Shown: positions 17,962 to 26,533, counted from the first letter of the stretch. The stretch is DNA of 64,000 bases from an uncultured Gammaproteobacteria bacterium (GCA_964425075.1 CAYRKM010000002.1:64058-128057); one strand, 5' to 3'. A program made the numbers and translations. The notes: generated by a model from the sequence alone, not told the origin.

Positions 17962-19482
17962 CTAGAACCCTGGGAAGTAGTCGGTTACAATGTTCTGCCT
18001 TGAAACACCAAGACCCAAAAGCATTTTTCTATATCCATCTACCATTGAGATAGGCCCTGATAAATAAAACGTTCTGTTTTTATAGTCATTTACATATTTC
18101 TTAAGGTTTTCTTTGTTTAATCTTCCCACCCCACCTTTCCAATCAGGAGGAATATTCTTTTCATCAGTCAAGCAATAAATAGTAGTTATTCCTAGTTTTT
18201 TTGCCTCATTAAATAATTCTTTATAAACAATTTCTTCTTCTCGCCCATTGGAATAGAGCAAAACAATATCTCTTTTCTCATTGGAGTCAACTAGATATTT
18301 AATAATGCTTCGAAAAGGGGTTATTCCAATTCCTCCTGCAATAAATACCAATTTCTTGTTCTTTTCACTTGGTAAAATAAAGTCTCCAGTCAATTGGTCC
18401 GCTGTTATTTTTTCCTTTTCCCTAAATTCAAAGAGCCTTTGCTTAAAACTACTAGACTTTTCACTATATCGTACACCCAGTCTTAAAATATCCTCAGTCG
18501 GAGATGATGCGATAGTAAAAAATCTTCTGTTACCCCTTATGTCAGTTTTTAATTGAGGAACCGTCCACTCAAAATACTGCCCAGCTTTAAAAACCAAATT
18601 TTTTGGCTTTTCAAAAACAAACTCATAAGTGTTCTTGGCAATCTCTTTTTTTTCAATAAACGGAACTATGTATTTTTGTCTTTTGCTAATCAAAAATGAA
18701 AACAAATTTCCTATTACAAGCGAAAGTTCAGGTGAGGAAGCAATGAAACCGAAGGAAAACGGAGTTGAATATAGCGCTCCTACAAAAACCCCATATAAAA
18801 TCTGTAACCTTCTTGTTGGAGGAGTCGTATATGGTTCGGTGAGCATAATTGTAGCAAAAAAAACAGTTGGTAAAGCCATAAAAAACTCCTGAGTGGAGTC
18901 GCCCACGCTATTTACGCGAAACAATCCAAACAGAATATAAAACAAAAGTGAAGGGAGTATAAAGGAAAATAAAAAAACAAATCTTCTAATCTTTCTAACA
19001 ACTAACAACCCTAAGACAATAGTTGGGAATAACAAAAATGGATGTGCCACCCACCAAATGCCGCCTCCCAAATTTAAAAGACTTAAAACAACCAAGGTGA
19101 ATGCAACTGGGTTGAAGATATGGTGTTTTTTGTATGCAAAAATGTATTTTGAACCCATAGCTATAACTATGGCCATTAGATAAACTTTAACGTCTAAAAG
19201 TGATTGAAGGGGAATGAGTAAGAAAAAGAGAATAAGCCCCGTTATGTAGGCAGACTCAGAATTTATTGTAGCTTTGAATAATTTTGCAAAAAGGAAATTC
19301 ACAAAAAAAGTTACCCCAAAAAGAAATATGAGAGAAAACAATAGAGAAATTCCACCATCAGGCAAAATTCCCAGAAAGCCCAAAATTATTGAATAGAATG
19401 CTAAAGCAAGAAGTCCATACATCACGAGCCTATACATCGTGATGGAGTTGAGCAACTGGTCAATGCGTTGAAGGACAAACAT
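17962..19482 (-). CDS. polytopic membrane domain (RnfD/NqrB-like, tentative) fused to an FNR-type FAD/NAD(P)-binding reductase
   Basis: 506 aa. The N-terminal ~270 aa is multi-TM with HIFNPVAF and MLTEPYTTPPT. The C-terminal half has RFFTIASSP (RxYS-type FAD motif) and LVFIAGGIGITPF (NAD(P) motif). It lies 2 nt upstream of the cupredoxin gene. Confidence 0.65.
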   Translation of the reverse strand: MFVLQRIDQLLNSITMYRLVMYGLLALAFYSIILGFLGILPDGGISLLFSLIFLFGVTFFVNFLFAKLFKATINSESAYITGLILFFLLIPLQSLLDVKVYLMAIVIAMGSKYIFAYKKHHIFNPVAFTLVVLSLLNLGGGIWWVAHPFLLFPTIVLGLLVVRKIRRFVFLFSFILPSLLFYILFGLFRVNSVGDSTQEFFMALPTVFFATIMLTEPYTTPPTRRLQILYGVFVGALYSTPFSFGFIASSPELSLVIGNLFSFLISKRQKYIVPFIEKKEIAKNTYEFVFEKPKNLVFKAGQYFEWTVPQLKTDIRGNRRFFTIASSPTEDILRLGVRYSEKSSSFKQRLFEFREKEKITADQLTGDFILPSEKNKKLVFIAGGIGITPFRSIIKYLVDSNEKRDIVLLYSNGREEEIVYKELFNEAKKLGITTIYCLTDEKNIPPDWKGGVGRLNKENLKKYVNDYKNRTFYLSGPISMVDGYRKMLLGLGVSRQNIVTDYFPGF

Positions 19483-19530
19483 AGATCTAGTTTATCAAAA
19501 AAACTTAACACGGAGGGTATTTTCTCTAAA

Positions 19531-19628
19531 GAACTCGCAAAGTGAACGAAACTAAAGTGCCTGCGCTGAATGAAGCTGAAGTGCTTGCACTGAGTGAAGC
19601 TGAAGTGCTTGCACTGAGTGAAGCGAAG
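19531..19628 (-). repeat. tRNA-trailer tandem repeats (24-nt unit with AGTGCWWGCACT box)
   Basis: Units GAAGTGCTTGCACTGAGTGAAGCT at 19578-19601 and 19602-19624. A variant unit sits at 19554-19577 and a degenerate unit at 19531-19553. The array abuts the 3' end of tRNA-Ala. Confidence 0.85.
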
Positions 19629-19699
19629 TGGACCCGAGGGGAATTGAACCCCTCCCTCATCCATGCCATGGATGCATTCTACCGATGAACTACGGGCCC
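19629..19699 (-). tRNA. tRNA-Ala (GGC)
   Basis: Hand-folded. Acceptor GGGCCCG with the G3:U70 identity pair, anticodon arm CATCC-ATGGCAT-GGATG, T-loop TTCAATT. Confidence 0.9.
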
Positions 19700-19735
19700 G
19701 CTGTTTCATATTCTACAAAACTTAATACTAGATTT

Positions 19736-19800
19736 GAAGTGCCTGTGCTGAGGAACGTAAAGACGAAGTGCCTGCACTGAGAAACGTAAAGACGAAGTGC
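19736..19800 (-). repeat. 29-nt tandem repeat (2.2 copies) of the same box family, upstream of tRNA-Ala
   Basis: GAAGTGCCTGTGCTGAGGAACGTAAAGAC (19736-19764) and GAAGTGCCTGCACTGAGAAACGTAAAGAC (19765-19793), then GAAGTGC. Confidence 0.8.
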
Positions 19801-19806
19801 TACAAT

Positions 19807-21018
19807 ATGGCTACTATGCACATACCCCTCGCTGAAAAATTACGACCTCTAACTTTGGATGATTTCGTGGGGCAGGAACATTTAGTTGGAAAAGGTAAAC
19901 CTATCAGAAGGATGATTGAAACTGGAAATATAACCTCAATGATGTTCTGGGGACCTCCAGGATGTGGCAAAACAACACTTGCAACTGTAATTGCAAATTC
20001 TCTGGACGCTGAGTTTGTCTTCTTCTCCGCTGTAACAAGTGGGGTAGAGGACGTAAGAAAAGTTATAAAGCACGCTTCAACTGTCCGTGAACAGGAAAAT
20101 AAAAAAACCATTCTTTTTGTTGACGAAATTCATAGGTTTAATAAATCGCAACAAGATGCTTTTTTACCTCACGTAGAAAATGGGACGATAATTTTAATTG
20201 GTGCTACAACAGAAAACCCTGGATTCCGAATAAATGCACCTCTATTGTCTCGTAGTCAGCTATTTGTTCTTAAGCCTTTAACTAACGAGAATATTGAGCA
20301 AGTAGTAAAAAGAGCTGTTTCCTTTTTTCCAAAACATTCAATAGAGAATGAGGCCGTTGAGCATATTACGCGTATGTCAAATGGGGACGCCAGATTTGCA
20401 ATTAACGCGATAGAAGTTGCTACGTCTTTGGCTAAAAAAATTACTTTAAAAGTGGTTGAAGAGGCTATGCAAAAAAGAGCTGTGTACTATGACAAAAAGG
20501 GGGATTATCATTACGACACAATTTCAGCCTTTATAAAATCCATGCGTGGAGGAGATCCTGACGCAACTCTTCATTATCTTGCCCGCATGCTAAAAGCAGG
20601 AGAAGACCCGATGTTTATAGCCAGACGTATGGTAATATTTGCCTCAGAAGACATAGGAAACGCTCAGCCAACAGCACTTGTGCTTGCAACAAGCGCAATG
20701 CAGGCGGTACATATGATAGGACTTCCCGAGGCACAACTTATTCTTGCCCAAACCGCAACGTATCTTTCAACGGCTCAGAAATCTATCGCTTCAACTATAG
20801 GAATAAGTGAGGCTATGCAAGACGTTGAGATAGATAATCTACCAGAAATTCCACTTCACTTAAGAAATGCCGCAAATAAAGTCATGAAGAATTTGAATTA
20901 TGGAAAAGGACATGTGAGATACGCCTGGAAGGAAGAAAGAGAAACAGGAAAAAAGGTTAACCAAGACTATTTACCAGATAAGCTTAAGGGCAAGAAGTAC
21001 TACAAACGCGATTGGTAA
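19807..21018 (+). CDS. rarA: replication-associated recombination protein A (AAA+ ATPase RarA/MgsA)
   Basis: LAEKLRP, Walker A GPPGCGKTT, Walker B LFVDEIHRF, and the conserved C-terminal MgsA block DPDATLHYLARML. I use the ATG at 19807 because the track start at 19768 lies inside the repeat array. Confidence 0.85.
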   Translation: MATMHIPLAEKLRPLTLDDFVGQEHLVGKGKPIRRMIETGNITSMMFWGPPGCGKTTLATVIANSLDAEFVFFSAVTSGVEDVRKVIKHASTVREQENKKTILFVDEIHRFNKSQQDAFLPHVENGTIILIGATTENPGFRINAPLLSRSQLFVLKPLTNENIEQVVKRAVSFFPKHSIENEAVEHITRMSNGDARFAINAIEVATSLAKKITLKVVEEAMQKRAVYYDKKGDYHYDTISAFIKSMRGGDPDATLHYLARMLKAGEDPMFIARRMVIFASEDIGNAQPTALVLATSAMQAVHMIGLPEAQLILAQTATYLSTAQKSIASTIGISEAMQDVEIDNLPEIPLHLRNAANKVMKNLNYGKGHVRYAWKEERETGKKVNQDYLPDKLKGKKYYKRDW

Positions 21019-21089
21019 AAGTGTTTCAAGCTTTACTTTAAAAAAGACTAGTAAAATATTCTCTTTTTCCTATAAACTAAAATTGACTT

Positions 21090-21668
21090 ATGACAGGTAG
21101 AACTCATGATCTTGCTGCATTTACAGCTCTAACCATAACTGTTGCTTTCTTTCCTCTTGAGAAAATGACCTTAGCAACTGCATTTGTGGCAGTGGGAAGC
21201 AATATGTTGGGAGGCCTTGCTCCTGACATAGATCAGTCAACCGGTGCATTATGGAAAAAAATACGATTCGGTGCGATTTTGGGAAAATTATTATACCCCA
21301 TTTTTGGAGGTCATAGACATATTTCTCATTCCTTTTTAGGACTTATTTTCTTTGGAATTTTGGCAAAATTTCTTTTGACATTAATTTCGAATGTTTTACT
21401 AGTTGATATAAATATTGTCTGGTGGTCATTTATGATAGGAGTCGTTTCGCATTTGGTAACAGACACATTTACTCATTCGGGTGTCCCTTGGTTATTCCCA
21501 ATTCCTACGAAATTTGGAATTCCTCCAATAAAAGCATTACGATTTCATACCGGAAGTTTTGTAGAGAAGGGTCTCGTCTTCCCTGGGTTAGTTTTGGTAA
21601 ATATGTATATTGTCTACAGCAATTACCCAAGATTTCTAGAATTTATTAGGGAATATATTGTTCGCTGA
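21090..21668 (+). CDS. membrane-bound metal-dependent hydrolase (DUF457/YdjM family)
   Basis: 192 aa. MTGRTHD start, PDIDQ, and a conserved His pattern (HRHISHS, SHLVTDTFTHSG) typical of DUF457. Confidence 0.7.
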   Translation: MTGRTHDLAAFTALTITVAFFPLEKMTLATAFVAVGSNMLGGLAPDIDQSTGALWKKIRFGAILGKLLYPIFGGHRHISHSFLGLIFFGILAKFLLTLISNVLLVDINIVWWSFMIGVVSHLVTDTFTHSGVPWLFPIPTKFGIPPIKALRFHTGSFVEKGLVFPGLVLVNMYIVYSNYPRFLEFIREYIVR

Positions 21669-21679
21669 GTCTATCAAGG

Positions 21680-21754
21680 TTTGCCTGCACTGAACAAAGC
21701 TGAATGTGCTTGCACTGAACAAAGCTGAATGTGCTTGCACTGAGTGAAACGAAG
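21680..21754 (-). repeat. tRNA-trailer tandem repeats (three 25-nt units)
   Basis: Units at 21680-21704, 21705-21729 and 21730-21754 (TGTGCTTGCACTGAACAAAGCTGAA and variants). The array abuts the 3' end of tRNA-Leu(TAA). Confidence 0.85.
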
Positions 21755-21835
21755 TGCCTGGAAAGGGACTCGAACCCTTATCCCCGAAGGGACACGCTCT
21801 TAAGGCGTGCGTGTATACCATTCCACCACCCAGGC
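21755..21835 (-). tRNA. tRNA-Leu (TAA)
   Basis: Hand-folded class II tRNA. Anticodon arm CACGC-CTTAAGA-GCGTG, long variable arm, T-loop TTCGAGT. Confidence 0.9.
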
Positions 21836-21871
21836 AACAAAAAGAATTATACCAAATAATGAGGTTAAAAC

Positions 21872-22846
21872 CTACGTGTGTGGTGGAGGATGCACTCCAA
21901 GTCTCTCAAGGCTATAGTCAAGCAAGTCTTTCATTTCTTGTCTTCTATTTTCACTATTTAGAAGTACGGCAATAATTCTGTGTCCCTTGTATTCTAAATA
22001 GGTTACCAAGCACATTCCTGCCTCATCTGTATAGCCTGTTTTTACGCCCTTAACACCTGGGTAGGTTGTTAATAAATTTGTCTGATTGGAAAGAAGGAAA
22101 TATTTATGATTTGATGTTTGTTCAATCTCATGAGTGACAGTTGAAGCAATGTTTACAAAATCTTTGTTTTGAAGAGCGAGGCGGGTTAAAACCAGCAGGT
22201 CTTTTGCAGTACTATATTGTTTCCCCTCACCCTCAAGCCCACTTGGGTTCGTGAAACGAGTATCGGAAAGACCTAAATCTTCAGCTTTTTTATTCATAAG
22301 ATGCACAAAGTCTTGTCTTTGAAATTGACTTCCCTGAGCTAGTGCCTCTGCTGCATCATTTCCTGAATGCAGGATCAATCCATATAGTAAATCCTCTACG
22401 CTTACCTTCTCACCTGCAGTTAACCCCATGGCATTTTCCCCAACTTCAGCAGCTGACTTACTAATCAAAAGTTCTTCATTCAAATTCATATTCTCAAGAA
22501 CTATTACAGCAGTCATTATCTTTGTAAGCGAGGCTATTGGTAGTTTTTCAGATACATTTTTTCCATAAATAAATGTATCTGTTGTAAGGTCATATGAAAG
22601 CGCTGCTCTTGAATTCAATTTGAGGTCATTTGTACCCTTTTCGTCTTCTGGAATCCTTGGAGTCCAAAAATCGGTTGCATCAGCTTCCTTGTAAAAAGAG
22701 TTTACTAATAGAGCGGGAAGAGGTGAAAGTATTTTTGCTGCATTCTGGAATCTTGATTCACTGAAATATGAAAGACTTGAAAGAACTGTTGTTACAACAA
22801 GAAACAAAACTACGCACCAAAACAAAAAGGAGCCTAAAGTTTTCAT
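21872..22846 (-). CDS. D-alanyl-D-alanine carboxypeptidase (serine-type, PBP5-like)
   Basis: Signal/TM N-terminus, SxxK motif ASLTKIMTA, SGN motif LHSGNDAA, KTG motif VKTGYT. Confidence 0.8.
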   Translation of the reverse strand: MKTLGSFLFWCVVLFLVVTTVLSSLSYFSESRFQNAAKILSPLPALLVNSFYKEADATDFWTPRIPEDEKGTNDLKLNSRAALSYDLTTDTFIYGKNVSEKLPIASLTKIMTAVIVLENMNLNEELLISKSAAEVGENAMGLTAGEKVSVEDLLYGLILHSGNDAAEALAQGSQFQRQDFVHLMNKKAEDLGLSDTRFTNPSGLEGEGKQYSTAKDLLVLTRLALQNKDFVNIASTVTHEIEQTSNHKYFLLSNQTNLLTTYPGVKGVKTGYTDEAGMCLVTYLEYKGHRIIAVLLNSENRRQEMKDLLDYSLERLGVHPPPHT

Positions 22847-22958
22847 AGAGTTTTTAGTATATCCTTATTGGATAGTTCGTTTCAATCTTTTTGTACGTTG
22901 TAAATCCCTTCGTTTTTTTATAATCGAAGATTGCATTTCTAAGTGATATAATTAGGAA

Positions 22959-23552
22959 ATGTCTTCGACCACAAATTATCAGAAACACATCAACCAAAAT
23001 CCAATCCAACGCCTCCTTATACAAAATTTTTATAACTCATTTTTCAAAGTCATAAAACCCTTAAGAGCAAAGAGTGTGCTTGATGTAGGTTGTGGGGAGG
23101 GATTTACGCTTAAAAAGCTTGAGGAAAAAAAGATTGGACAAAACAATGTTGGAGTAGATTATTCAAATACTGCCATAAAGTTGGGTAAAAAAATGTACCC
23201 AAACCTTAAACTTCAAACCGGAAGTGTATATGATATGGATTTTAAAGATAATTCATTTGACCTTATTATTTGCACAGAAGTCCTAGAGCATCTTGATGAC
23301 CCAAATAAGGCTATTGAAGAGATGAAAAGAGTAGGAAGTAAATATTTATTGTTCTCAGTACCAAATGAACCTTTTTTTATTGGAGCTAATTTACTGAGAG
23401 GCAAATATTTAAAAACTTTTGGAAATCATCCAGAACATATTAATCATTGGACATTTTGGAGTTTCGAAAAACTACTAAGAAAGCATGGGCTAAAAATAAT
23501 GAAAAAAAGATATCCCTTTGCTTGGACGATGATTTTGGCAAAAAAAGTGTGA
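22959..23552 (+). CDS. class I SAM-dependent methyltransferase
   Basis: Motif I VLDVGCGEG and the post-I/II pattern DLIICTEVLEHL. TGATATAAT ends 6 nt before the ATG. Confidence 0.8.
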   Translation: MSSTTNYQKHINQNPIQRLLIQNFYNSFFKVIKPLRAKSVLDVGCGEGFTLKKLEEKKIGQNNVGVDYSNTAIKLGKKMYPNLKLQTGSVYDMDFKDNSFDLIICTEVLEHLDDPNKAIEEMKRVGSKYLLFSVPNEPFFIGANLLRGKYLKTFGNHPEHINHWTFWSFEKLLRKHGLKIMKKRYPFAWTMILAKKV

Positions 23553-23553
23553 A

Positions 23554-24708
23554 CTAACGACCAATAAACCTTCTGAAGTATACAAATAAAACTCCTAGTC
23601 CAAGCGTCATCGCTACAAATGATATTAACCAACCAATTATTGGAATCCAAGTTATTACCCACAACACAGGAACTCCAACAAAAGAGGCTAGTGGTAGAGA
23701 GACTTTGTATGTCTTTTTTTTATTGTAAGAAAGAATCTCGTGTCCTAAGTAAATACCTGCAAGCATTTTACTAAGCATTAATGCAATAATCCAAATAAGT
23801 CCCAATAAAACAGCAATGGGGATACCTATGAGTGTGAATAGAAGAAATATCACCAAAATTGGAGTAAGGAAAAGCACAACAAGTCCCCAACCAAAAAGAG
23901 ATATTTTATCATGCTTAATACCCTCAACTAACTCTTGAATTAGTTTTGGAAGGAAAAATGCCAACAGTATCGCAAAAAGAGTAAACGAAACCAAGGACAT
24001 GATTTGTCCCACTAACCATACTAAAGTAAAAAACTTGGCGAATTCAGAAGCTTGCTTGTTCTGTGTCTGCAACTCAATCTGCTTATAGTTAGTCCTTCCT
24101 GAAACCGTAGCGTTGTCTAAAATTTCTGCTTTTTGTGGTGAACGATAGGAGAAATTCCCTTTTATAAGTGCGTCATCAGCAAGAGTCACTTTTTGAGACT
24201 CTACATCTACTTTTCCATTAACAGTGCCTGTTACATATAAATCTTGCATGACACCTGATATGTCTCTGGAAACAACACCCATAATGTTTACAGATTGTCC
24301 CGCAGACATAATCTCACCATTTATTCTTCCGTTTTTCTCTATGATTAACTCTTGCCCCAAAAAAGCAACATTTCTTTCAACAGTACCGGCAATAATTAGT
24401 GTTTGCCCAGCAAATCTAACATCACCATTGACCGTTCCCTCAATTCGTAAAGTTTGCCCAGCACATAGTACGTCCCCTTGGACAACGCCTACAACCTTTA
24501 AACTTTGCCCGGCACAAAACACGTCGCTTGCTACATTTCCATTAACTGTTACATTTTGTCCCGTACCAATAAGAGTCTCATTGATAATTACGTCTCGTGG
24601 AACAGTAATATTGTCACCAGAACGTACGGAAATGGCATGCGAGGTTGAAGGAAAAAAAACAAAAAGGAGAACAAACGTTATCACAAAATACTGAATCAAA
24701 CGTTTCAT
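23554..24708 (-). CDS. membrane protein with bactofilin-like beta-helical repeats (hypothetical)
   Basis: Signal-like N-terminus. About 8 tandem ~19-aa repeats of the form V.G.V.GDV..AGQ.L.I.G, then a C-terminal block of about 4 TM helices. Confidence 0.55.
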   Translation of the reverse strand: MKRLIQYFVITFVLLFVFFPSTSHAISVRSGDNITVPRDVIINETLIGTGQNVTVNGNVASDVFCAGQSLKVVGVVQGDVLCAGQTLRIEGTVNGDVRFAGQTLIIAGTVERNVAFLGQELIIEKNGRINGEIMSAGQSVNIMGVVSRDISGVMQDLYVTGTVNGKVDVESQKVTLADDALIKGNFSYRSPQKAEILDNATVSGRTNYKQIELQTQNKQASEFAKFFTLVWLVGQIMSLVSFTLFAILLAFFLPKLIQELVEGIKHDKISLFGWGLVVLFLTPILVIFLLFTLIGIPIAVLLGLIWIIALMLSKMLAGIYLGHEILSYNKKKTYKVSLPLASFVGVPVLWVITWIPIIGWLISFVAMTLGLGVLFVYFRRFIGR

Positions 24709-24935
24709 AAGAGAAGATTATTACAAAGTGGTAAAGAAGTCAACCAAACAGACGACAACCCATCCCCCGTAGTTTTTAATTTGCCAGAGCGATGGGTTGT
24801 ATTTATCTTAAGTTGCCTTAAGACTCGGTAGCCCAAAACAATTCTATAATAGAATGATTTGTAACACGTGTCAACAACAGCAATACTATAAGAAACAAAT
24901 TCTTTTCATAAATAGGCTTTGCTGTTTAAAACATA

Positions 24936-24957
24936 CTGATTTAACAACCTAAATCAG
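24936..24957 (-). terminator. hairpin downstream of corA
   Basis: On the minus strand, CTGATTTA-GGTTGT-TAAATCAG is followed by TATGTTTT. The U-tract is weak. Confidence 0.35.
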
Positions 24958-24985
24958 AAAGTGGGGGGCATTAAAAAGGGATATC

Positions 24986-25927
24986 CTAGAGCCACTTTTT
25001 GTAGAAAAATATAAGAAGTATGCCAACTACTGAAATAGCCATTATCCACAATATAAAAATAAAAGCTGAAGGATTGGATGCAATGGGAAGTGATATGTTC
25101 ATTCCATAAAATCCTGTAATTATATTGGGTATTGTTACAACAATCGTAAGAGCAGTAAGAAGTTTTATTATTTTATTTAAGTTGTTTGTATAAATTACCT
25201 GATATGAGTCCCTAATTCCACGAATGCTCTTAAGACTTACAGTACAAATATCAGCAGACTGCTTAATACCAATTAAAAGGTCTTGTAGCAAATCTCTATC
25301 TTCTTCATAAACCTGTAAATACTTCTTGCTTGAAAGAGTTTCAACAACATTGTTTAGTGGCACGAGTGCCGAAAGGTATTGATTTAACAATTCTTCGCTT
25401 TCACTTAATATCAAAAAGTCCTCAGCGTTAATTTTCTTCATTTCGCGCCTTCCGTGTGGAACTCTGGCTGCAGCATTTTTAATATCAAGAGTGAATTGTT
25501 GGGCAATTTTAAGAAGTAATTTTATAAGAAGCTTCGTTTTCTGAGTAGTTGCAAGCATCGTATTTTGCTCCAAGATTTTCTGAACAAGTTGGTTTTTGGT
25601 AGGACATATTGTCACCAAATATTTATCAGTAATTACAACTGTTAGAAGTTCAGTATAAAGCTCGTCACCCTCATCAGAAGGAAATCTAAGATAAATAAGA
25701 ACACCTTCCTCTTGGCGTTCGATACGCGGAATTTCATAGATATCAAGCGCATCTTGCAAATCAAGATATTGAAGACCAGTAAGTTCACTGACTTTTTCAA
25801 GATCTTCGCGTTTTGCATTCTCAACATTCATCCAGCTTCCTGGCTTATATTTGTCCGTTTCCTTAAACTTTTTGTCTTTAAGTGTTTTGTAATAAATTGA
25901 AATCATAATTAATATTAATTGTAACAA
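24986..25927 (-). CDS. corA: CorA-family Mg2+/Co2+ transporter
   Basis: C-terminal two TM helices with the YGMN signature (FYGMNISLP). The true start is probably a downstream ATG (MISIYYK...). Confidence 0.85.
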   Translation of the reverse strand: MLQLILIMISIYYKTLKDKKFKETDKYKPGSWMNVENAKREDLEKVSELTGLQYLDLQDALDIYEIPRIERQEEGVLIYLRFPSDEGDELYTELLTVVITDKYLVTICPTKNQLVQKILEQNTMLATTQKTKLLIKLLLKIAQQFTLDIKNAAARVPHGRREMKKINAEDFLILSESEELLNQYLSALVPLNNVVETLSSKKYLQVYEEDRDLLQDLLIGIKQSADICTVSLKSIRGIRDSYQVIYTNNLNKIIKLLTALTIVVTIPNIITGFYGMNISLPIASNPSAFIFILWIMAISVVGILLIFFYKKWL

Positions 25928-25983
25928 TACTTTTCACTAAAGAACAAGAAGACACTCGTGCATTGTGGAAACATAAAAAAACA

Positions 25984-25991
25984 TGTATAAT
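25984..25991 (+). promoter_or_regulatory. extended -10 element (TGTATAAT) upstream of the RRM-protein gene
   Basis: Exact TGnTATAAT about 100 nt upstream of the ATG at 26094, which implies a long 5' UTR. Confidence 0.45.
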
Positions 25992-26093
25992 ACAAGTTGA
26001 GCAATGAAAGTAATCCCTCGGGAACTATTTCTTCTCTTTTTACTATCGATATATACATAATTTAATCCTCAGAATGAAAGGCGGTGAAATCAA

Positions 26094-26459
26094 ATGACAA
26101 AACTTTACATAGGAAATCTTCCTTATTCTGTAACCAATGATGATCTTACAAATCTTTTTGGAGAATATGGAACTGTTACCTCAGCATCCGTTGTGACCGA
26201 CAGGGAAACCGGTCGAAGCAAGGGATTTGGATTCGTAGAAATCGAAGAAGATGATAAAGCTCTTGAAGCTATCGAAAAACTCGATAAATCATCTTTCCAA
26301 GAAAGAACAATCTTTGTTTCTGTTGCTAGACCTCGCGAAGATAGACCATCAAACGGTGGTGGATATTCAGGCGGAGGCGGAGGCAGAAGCTTTGGGAATG
26401 ACAGACGTGGTGGTGGAGGAAGTGGCGGATTTAGACGCGACGACCGACGCGGTCACTAA
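26094..26459 (+). CDS. RRM-type RNA-binding protein with Gly/Arg-rich tail
   Basis: RNP2 LYIGNL and RNP1 KGFGFVE motifs, with a C-terminal GGGGRSFGNDRRGGGGSGGFRRDDRRGH tail. Confidence 0.85.
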   Translation: MTKLYIGNLPYSVTNDDLTNLFGEYGTVTSASVVTDRETGRSKGFGFVEIEEDDKALEAIEKLDKSSFQERTIFVSVARPREDRPSNGGGYSGGGGGRSFGNDRRGGGGSGGFRRDDRRGH

Positions 26460-26463
26460 ACAA

Positions 26464-26527
26464 AATACCACAAGAAAGATAGTTTTTTAAATGATATTTA
26501 ATTGACGTGACTTGTGGTATTTTTTTG
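26464..26527 (+). terminator. long-loop hairpin plus T-run after the RRM gene
   Basis: AATACCACAAG (26464-26474) pairs with CTTGTGGTATT (26511-26521), followed by TTTTTT. The loop is large. Confidence 0.45.
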
Positions 26528-26533
26528 GCAAAA

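Noticed and set aside
19422-19709. 95-aa ORF (..FTQCKHFSFTQCKHFSFIQ..) and similar ORFs at 37408-37599, 39161-39427 and 43638-43841
   Set aside because: They read through tRNA genes and the trailer repeat arrays. The repeated peptide motif is a translation of the DNA repeat, and there is no start context.
19531-19800. tRNA-adjacent repeat arrays as CRISPR arrays
   Set aside because: The units are directly tandem, with no unique spacers of constant length. Arrays are very short (2-5 units), they degenerate with distance from the tRNA, and no cas genes are present in the window.
19768-19806. Upstream GTG start for rarA given in the ORF track
   Set aside because: The extra 13 codons lie inside the 29-nt tandem repeat. 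The ATG at 19807 gives the canonical MgsA N-terminus (..HIPLAEKLRP).
24224-24694. 156-aa plus-strand ORF antisense to the bactofilin-like gene, and likewise the 157-aa ORF at 61275-61748 antisense to pilM
   Set aside because: Both are antisense shadows of long, well-supported genes. The first shows a mirrored periodic CP repeat, and neither has start signals.
24756-24799. 9-bp inverted repeat CAACCCATC...GATGGGTTG in the 277-nt spacer downstream of corA
   Set aside because: The loop is large (26 nt), there is no U-tract and no recognisable riboswitch consensus, and I could not tie it to either flanking gene.
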